DNA from: a virus | Taxonomy: Duplodnaviria; Heunggongvirae; Uroviricota; Caudoviricetes | Virus record (IMG/VR): IMGVR_UViG_2634166492_000001 | DNA: 5,018 nt | Reading direction: 5' to 3' (one strand) | Shown here: positions 1-5,018 of the stretch, piece by piece | Layout: each line of letters starts with the position of its first letter | Position numbering within the stretch: the stretch's first letter is position 1 | Position numbers and translations under genes: made by a program | The notes under the pieces: model-generated | Told to the model about the DNA's origin: nothing | What the model saw: the letters and a program-made list of their open reading frames with translations, nothing else | Databases searched by the model: none

Positions 1-37
1 AAGATAGGGTCCGCAGGATGCTCAGGGCCGTGTCTCT

Positions 38-1214
<1,177 letters not shown>

Positions 1215-1250
1215 TGGAGCACCTGTGTTGTTCTGAGGTGAGCATATCAC

Positions 1251-1286
1251 CTCTGTTCAGGTGGCCAAATTCAGTGTGCCACTTCA
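1251..1286. repeat. IS911-like left terminal inverted repeat (IRL); inner boundary approximate
   Basis: Minus strand reads TGAAGTGGCACACTGAATTTGGCCACC from 1286 inward, matching the IRR at the 8 terminal bases and at the TGGCCACC block. Confidence 0.75.
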
Positions 1287-1376
1287 TTTCTTGCCTCAAA
1301 TGGCAGTACGTTAACTATTCAGTCAAATGGTGCGGCGTTTACTGCCACAACCATCAAGATAATCGCGGAGCAGTGA
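1287..1376 (+). pseudogene. 3'-terminal 29 codons of an ORF interrupted by the IS (possibly the tail-needle gp26-position gene by P22 synteny)
   Basis: Frame is open from the first base after the IS end (FLASNGSTLTIQSNGAAFTATTIKIIAEQ) to TGA at 1374..1376, which overlaps the next gene's ATG (TGATG), a typical coupled junction. Identity of the gene is inferred from position only. Confidence 0.4.
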
Positions 1377-1831
1377 TGATTCAGTTCAAACCAACGCGAA
1401 ACATCGACCTGATCGAAGCAGTAGGAAATCACACTGACATTATCGCCGGGAGCAACAACGGCGATGGATACGACTACAAGCCTGAATGCCGTTACTTTGA
1501 GGTTAACGTGCACGGGCAGTTCGGCGGAATTGTTTACTATCAGGAGATTCAGCCGCTAACCTTTGATTGCCACGCCATGTACCTGCCAGAGATTCGTGGA
1601 TTCAGCAAGGAAATCGGGCTGGCGTTCTGGCGATACATTCTGACTAACACCACCGTTCAGTGCGTCACATCGTTCGCTGCGCGCAAATTCCGCCACGGTC
1701 AGATGTACTGCGCAATGATTGGCCTTAAGCGTGTAGGAACCATCAAGAAATACTTCAAAGGCGTGGATGACGTGACGTTTTACAGCGCCACACGCGAAGA
1801 ACTAATCGACTTCCTGAATCACGGGAGATAG
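1376..1831 (+). CDS. P22 gp14-position protein (151 aa), function unknown
   Basis: ATG at 1376 with GGAG 5 nt upstream; stop TAG at 1829..1831. It sits immediately upstream of the gp7-like gene, as gene 14 does in P22. The track ORF start at 1214 lies inside the IS and is rejected. No motif recognised by eye. Confidence 0.8.
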   Translation: MIQFKPTRNIDLIEAVGNHTDIIAGSNNGDGYDYKPECRYFEVNVHGQFGGIVYYQEIQPLTFDCHAMYLPEIRGFSKEIGLAFWRYILTNTTVQCVTSFAARKFRHGQMYCAMIGLKRVGTIKKYFKGVDDVTFYSATREELIDFLNHGR

Positions 1832-1833
1832 CC

Positions 1834-2526
1834 ATGTTATATGCATTTAAGCTGGGCAGAAAACTGCGCGGCGAGGAACCTTATTGCCCTGAAAAAGGCG
1901 GGAAAGGTGGCAGCTCTGATAAAAGCGCAAAGTATGCAGCAGAAGCTCAGAAGTATGCCGCAGACCTGCAAAATCAGCAGTGGCAGACGATCATGAAAAA
2001 CCTTGCTCCGTTCACGCCTCTTGCGGAGCAGTATGTTAACCAGCTTCAGAACCTTTCCAGTTTAGAAGGTCAGGGGCAGGCACTTAATCAGTATTACAAC
2101 TCTCAGCAGTATAAAGACCTTGCAGGTCAGGCTCGTTACCAGAGTCTTGCTGCTGCGGAGGCGACGGGTGGACTTGGTTCGACAGCCACAAGCAATCAAC
2201 TGGCTACGATCGCGCCGACACTCGGTCAGTCTTGGTTATCAAACCAGATGAGCAATTACAACAATCTGGCAAACGTTGGGCTTGGTGCGCTGCAAGGTCA
2301 GGCAAACGCCGGGCAGACATACGCCAACAACATGAGCAGCATTGCACAGCAAAGCGCAGCTCTTGCCGCTGCTAATGCCAATAAACCATCAAGTCTTCAG
2401 ACAGCAATTAGTGGCGGAACGTCTGGTGCGATTGCCGGTGCAGGTCTTGCCAGCCTTTTGGGAATATCAACACCTTGGGGCGCTGGCATTGGTGCTGGTA
2501 TCGGATTGCTTGGCTCGTTGTTTTAA
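1834..2526 (+). CDS. DNA-ejection (E) protein, P22 gp7-like (230 aa)
   Basis: ATG at 1834 with GGGAGA upstream, 2 bp after the previous stop. Q/N/A-rich protein with a Gly-Ala-rich hydrophobic C-terminus; size matches what I recall for P22 gp7 (about 229 aa) and position matches gene 7. Confidence 0.85.
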   Translation: MLYAFKLGRKLRGEEPYCPEKGGKGGSSDKSAKYAAEAQKYAADLQNQQWQTIMKNLAPFTPLAEQYVNQLQNLSSLEGQGQALNQYYNSQQYKDLAGQARYQSLAAAEATGGLGSTATSNQLATIAPTLGQSWLSNQMSNYNNLANVGLGALQGQANAGQTYANNMSSIAQQSAALAAANANKPSSLQTAISGGTSGAIAGAGLASLLGISTPWGAGIGAGIGLLGSLF

Positions 2527-2535
2527 GGGGTAATC

Positions 2536-3867
2536 ATGGCTACTTGGCAAGGATCAAATGGCGGATTGTTAGCTGGTATCGGCGGCGTCAACTCAAACGC
2601 TCCGAACGTAAATGACATCGGCAATACGCTTCAGCTTATCAGGCAGAACAATGATATTGAGCGTTCAGGCGCTAACAATGTTGGGCTGACTGCTTTGCAA
2701 GGCCTTTCAGGTATTGCGGGGGTGTTTCAGCAGGAAAAGCAGGCTCAGCGGCAGAAAGAATTTCAGCAGGCGTACGCTAATGCTTATGCGTCTGGTGATC
2801 GCGGTGCTTTGCGTCAGTTGGCTACTCAATATCCAGACCAGATTGAATCCGTTCGTAAAGGCATGGGATTCATTGATGAAGACCAGCGTAATTCTATCGG
2901 CACCTTAGCGGCTGGCGCACGCCTTGCGTCATCGTCTCCAGAAGCAATGCAATCATGGCTGCAAAACAACGCCGGTGAGTTAGCTCGTGTTGGCGTTAAT
3001 CCTCAGGACGTCGCTCAGATGTACCAACAGAACCCGCGGCAGTTCGGCGAATTTGTCGATCACCTGGGGATGAACAGTCTCGGACCCGAAAAATACTTTG
3101 ACCTACAGGATAAAATGCAGGGTCGCCAGGTTACCATGCGCGGTCAGGACCTGGATTCGCAAACCGCCGCTCGGAATCAGGCAATCACAATGCGCGGGCA
3201 AGATATCCAGGCGAATTTAGGTCAGCAGCGCATTAATCTGGACGCAGAAACAAACCGCATTAACAACGAAAATAAGCGCCTTGACCGGATGCTATCAGCA
3301 GAAACTAACGACCTGAAGCGCCAGGAAATACAGAGCCGCATAGCAGCCAACAACCAGCAGTTGCAGCAGAAGCAGCAAGCGCTAAATGATGGCTACAAAG
3401 ACGGCATCAACACCCTCACAACCAGCATGTTCACTCTGAACGATATCGTTAGTTCTCCTTCACTTAAGAGCATTACAGGCTTACGTGGAGTAATCCCCAA
3501 CGTTCCAGGCTCACAGGCTGCAGACACTCAGGCACGACTTGATACCTTTAAATCCCAAGCATACCTGACAGCGGTTCAGGCCATGCGAGGCATGGGCGCA
3601 CTTTCTGATGCCGAGGGCAAAAAGCTCGACCAGGCTGTTGGTTCGCTGCAGAACTCGCAGAGCGAGGAGTCCTTTCGTCGCAACGCTGGCGTCATCCTGA
3701 ACACGCTCAACCAGAAGCGTAATGAGGCGGTTGGTAAGTACGTTCAGCAAAACGGTATCAAGCGAGTGGAAGCGCCTCAGGCTTCTATAGATTACCTGAA
3801 GCAGCACCCCGAGCTGTCAATCGACTTCATTAATCGCTACGGATATCTTCCATCTTTGGGGCAGTAA
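2536..3867 (+). CDS. DNA-ejection (E) protein, P22 gp20-like (443 aa)
   Basis: ATG at 2536 with AAGGGG upstream; stop TAA at 3865..3867. Q-rich, predicted coiled-coil protein in the gene 20 position; P22 gp20 is about 471 aa from memory. Confidence 0.8.
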   Translation: MATWQGSNGGLLAGIGGVNSNAPNVNDIGNTLQLIRQNNDIERSGANNVGLTALQGLSGIAGVFQQEKQAQRQKEFQQAYANAYASGDRGALRQLATQYPDQIESVRKGMGFIDEDQRNSIGTLAAGARLASSSPEAMQSWLQNNAGELARVGVNPQDVAQMYQQNPRQFGEFVDHLGMNSLGPEKYFDLQDKMQGRQVTMRGQDLDSQTAARNQAITMRGQDIQANLGQQRINLDAETNRINNENKRLDRMLSAETNDLKRQEIQSRIAANNQQLQQKQQALNDGYKDGINTLTTSMFTLNDIVSSPSLKSITGLRGVIPNVPGSQAADTQARLDTFKSQAYLTAVQAMRGMGALSDAEGKKLDQAVGSLQNSQSEESFRRNAGVILNTLNQKRNEAVGKYVQQNGIKRVEAPQASIDYLKQHPELSIDFINRYGYLPSLGQ

Positions 3868-4473
3868 ATGGCTAATTACCGTGATTTGTTAGAGCAGGCT
3901 GGCGCACGTTACGGTGTGCCAGAAGGGTTGATGACTGCACTGGGTGCCAAGGAGTCTTCTTACAACCCTGCCGCAGTAAGCTCCGCCGGGGCTGTAGGAT
4001 TGACTCAGGTCATGCCTGGGACATGGCGTGATATGGGTTATACCGATGAGCAAATGCAAAACCCCGAATATCAGGCTGACGCTGGCGCGCGCTATCTGGC
4101 AAAGATGTACCAGCAGTTTGGTAACTGGCGTGACGCTCTTCAGGCTTATCACGACGGTCCCGGCAACGTTATGAAGGCAAAGCGTGGTGAATATACGCCA
4201 GGACCTGAAGGCCGCGGTTACGTTGATGATCGCTTTGCTCAATGGGCTGGTGACCCGGTGACAGACTCAACAGTCGAACAGCGCGCCACCTCTGCAAAGG
4301 TACATCCTCAGCAAGACCCTAACAACCCGTTTGCACAACTGGAAGTACAGTCATCCGAACAAGTATCGGCATCAGGTGTGCAGTCAGACCCAAATAATCC
4401 ATTTGCTCAGATTGAGCAGCAGGCAGCCAGTCAGCATGCCTTCGCAACTCTTCACTATGGCGCGTTCTTTTAA
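3868..4473 (+). CDS. SLT-domain lytic transglycosylase (201 aa) in the third ejection-protein (gp16) slot
   Basis: ATG at 3868 directly abuts the previous stop (TAAATG). Family-1 lytic transglycosylase motifs are readable: [24 protein letters not shown] (E-S ... GLxQ, catalytic Glu at 3952..3954) and [10 protein letters not shown] (AYNxG-like). C-terminal third is low complexity with two DPNNPFAQ repeats. Confidence 0.85.
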   Translation: MANYRDLLEQAGARYGVPEGLMTALGAKESSYNPAAVSSAGAVGLTQVMPGTWRDMGYTDEQMQNPEYQADAGARYLAKMYQQFGNWRDALQAYHDGPGNVMKAKRGEYTPGPEGRGYVDDRFAQWAGDPVTDSTVEQRATSAKVHPQQDPNNPFAQLEVQSSEQVSASGVQSDPNNPFAQIEQQAASQHAFATLHYGAFF

Positions 4474-5018
4474 AGCCGTAGCCAATGGCAAAATTTATAT
4501 CGGAAAAATTGACACTGACCCGGTAAATCCTGAAAACCAGATTCAGGTTTATGTAGAGAATGAAGACGGATCTCACGTCCCTGTTTCTCAGCCAATTGTT
4601 ATCAATGCTGCCGGATATCCTGTGTACAACGGGCAGATTGCCAAATTTGTAACTGAGCAAGGCCATTCAATGGCTGTATATGATGCGTATGGTTCGCAGC
4701 AGTTCTATTTTCAGAATGTGCTGAAGTACGATCCTGATCAGTTAAAGCAGTTACTTCAATCAGATGAAGGAGCTGCTCACATTGGCACTAATAGCGGAAA
4801 AAATCTCCAAGAGGAGCTATTTGCAATAAAAAATGAAATATATCAAGACCCGCTTACATCGTGGCCTTTCGGTGGAACATTAAAAATAAAGCAAGGGGTG
4901 TACGATATCGCGTCACCACTCGTTCTTGATTACGGCAACTATGACGCTAAATTTATTGGTTCGACAGGAGTCCGTGCTCATTATTCCGGAGAAAATATGG
5001 CAGAAACGATATTTAACT
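4436..5018 (+). CDS. Tailspike protein, 5' part (P22 gp9-type head-binding domain then divergent receptor-binding module); continues beyond window
   Basis: Translation ...[48 protein letters not shown]...[27 protein letters not shown] aligns almost residue for residue with recalled P22 gp9 residues about 10-113. No stop before 5018. Start is ambiguous (ATG 4436, ATG 4457 or TTG 4412); the frame is open back to 4262. Confidence 0.9.
   Translation, partial: MPSQLFTMARSFKAVANGKIYIGKIDTDPVNPENQIQVYVENEDGSHVPVSQPIVINAAGYPVYNGQIAKFVTEQGHSMAVYDAYGSQQFYFQNVLKYDPDQLKQLLQSDEGAAHIGTNSGKNLQEELFAIKNEIYQDPLTSWPFGGTLKIKQGVYDIASPLVLDYGNYDAKFIGSTGVRAHYSGENMAETIFN

Noticed and set aside
1319-1513. Minus-strand 64-aa ORF overlapping the gp14-position gene
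   Set aside because: Antisense to a well-supported gene, no start context, hydrophobic low-complexity translation.
2342-2908. Alternate-frame plus-strand ORFs 2342..2533 and 2714..2908
   Set aside because: Fully embedded out of frame in the gp7-like and gp20-like genes, which have strong start contexts and coherent translations.
3868-4473. A defence or immunity cargo island between the ejection genes and the tailspike (the slot where P22 carries immI: sieA, mnt, arc, ant)
   Set aside because: There is no intergenic space: the SLT-protein ORF runs directly into the tailspike gene, so no additional genes exist here. Any cargo was either never present or was lost in the suspected deletion.
3511-4666. 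Minus-strand ORFs 3511..3807, 3889..4242 and 4319..4666 as possible antisense genes or a hidden cassette
   Set aside because: All lie antisense within the ejection-protein and tailspike genes, lack ribosome-binding sites and give Leu/Arg/Ser-rich translations typical of chance reverse-strand frames; no recognisable domain.

Overview
This window is a junction between an apparently intact IS911-type insertion sequence (IS3 family, about 38..1286, transposase on the - strand) and the virion late region of a P22-like prophage on the + strand. The phage genes follow P22 order: a short 3' remnant of an IS-interrupted gene, a gp14-position gene, a gp7-like and a gp20-like DNA-ejection protein, a short SLT lytic-transglycosylase-domain protein in the gp16 slot, and the 5' part of a tailspike gene that runs off the window. 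Every sizeable ORF is explained by these two entities; I found no tRNA, rRNA, CRISPR array or unexplained multi-gene cassette, so I do not claim a new system here. The items most worth a second look are the IS without a matching target-site duplication, the unusually short SLT protein whose 3' end overlaps conserved tailspike coding sequence (suggesting a deletion/fusion junction), and the mosaic tailspike. All homology statements rest on reading the translations against recalled protein families, not on database searches.
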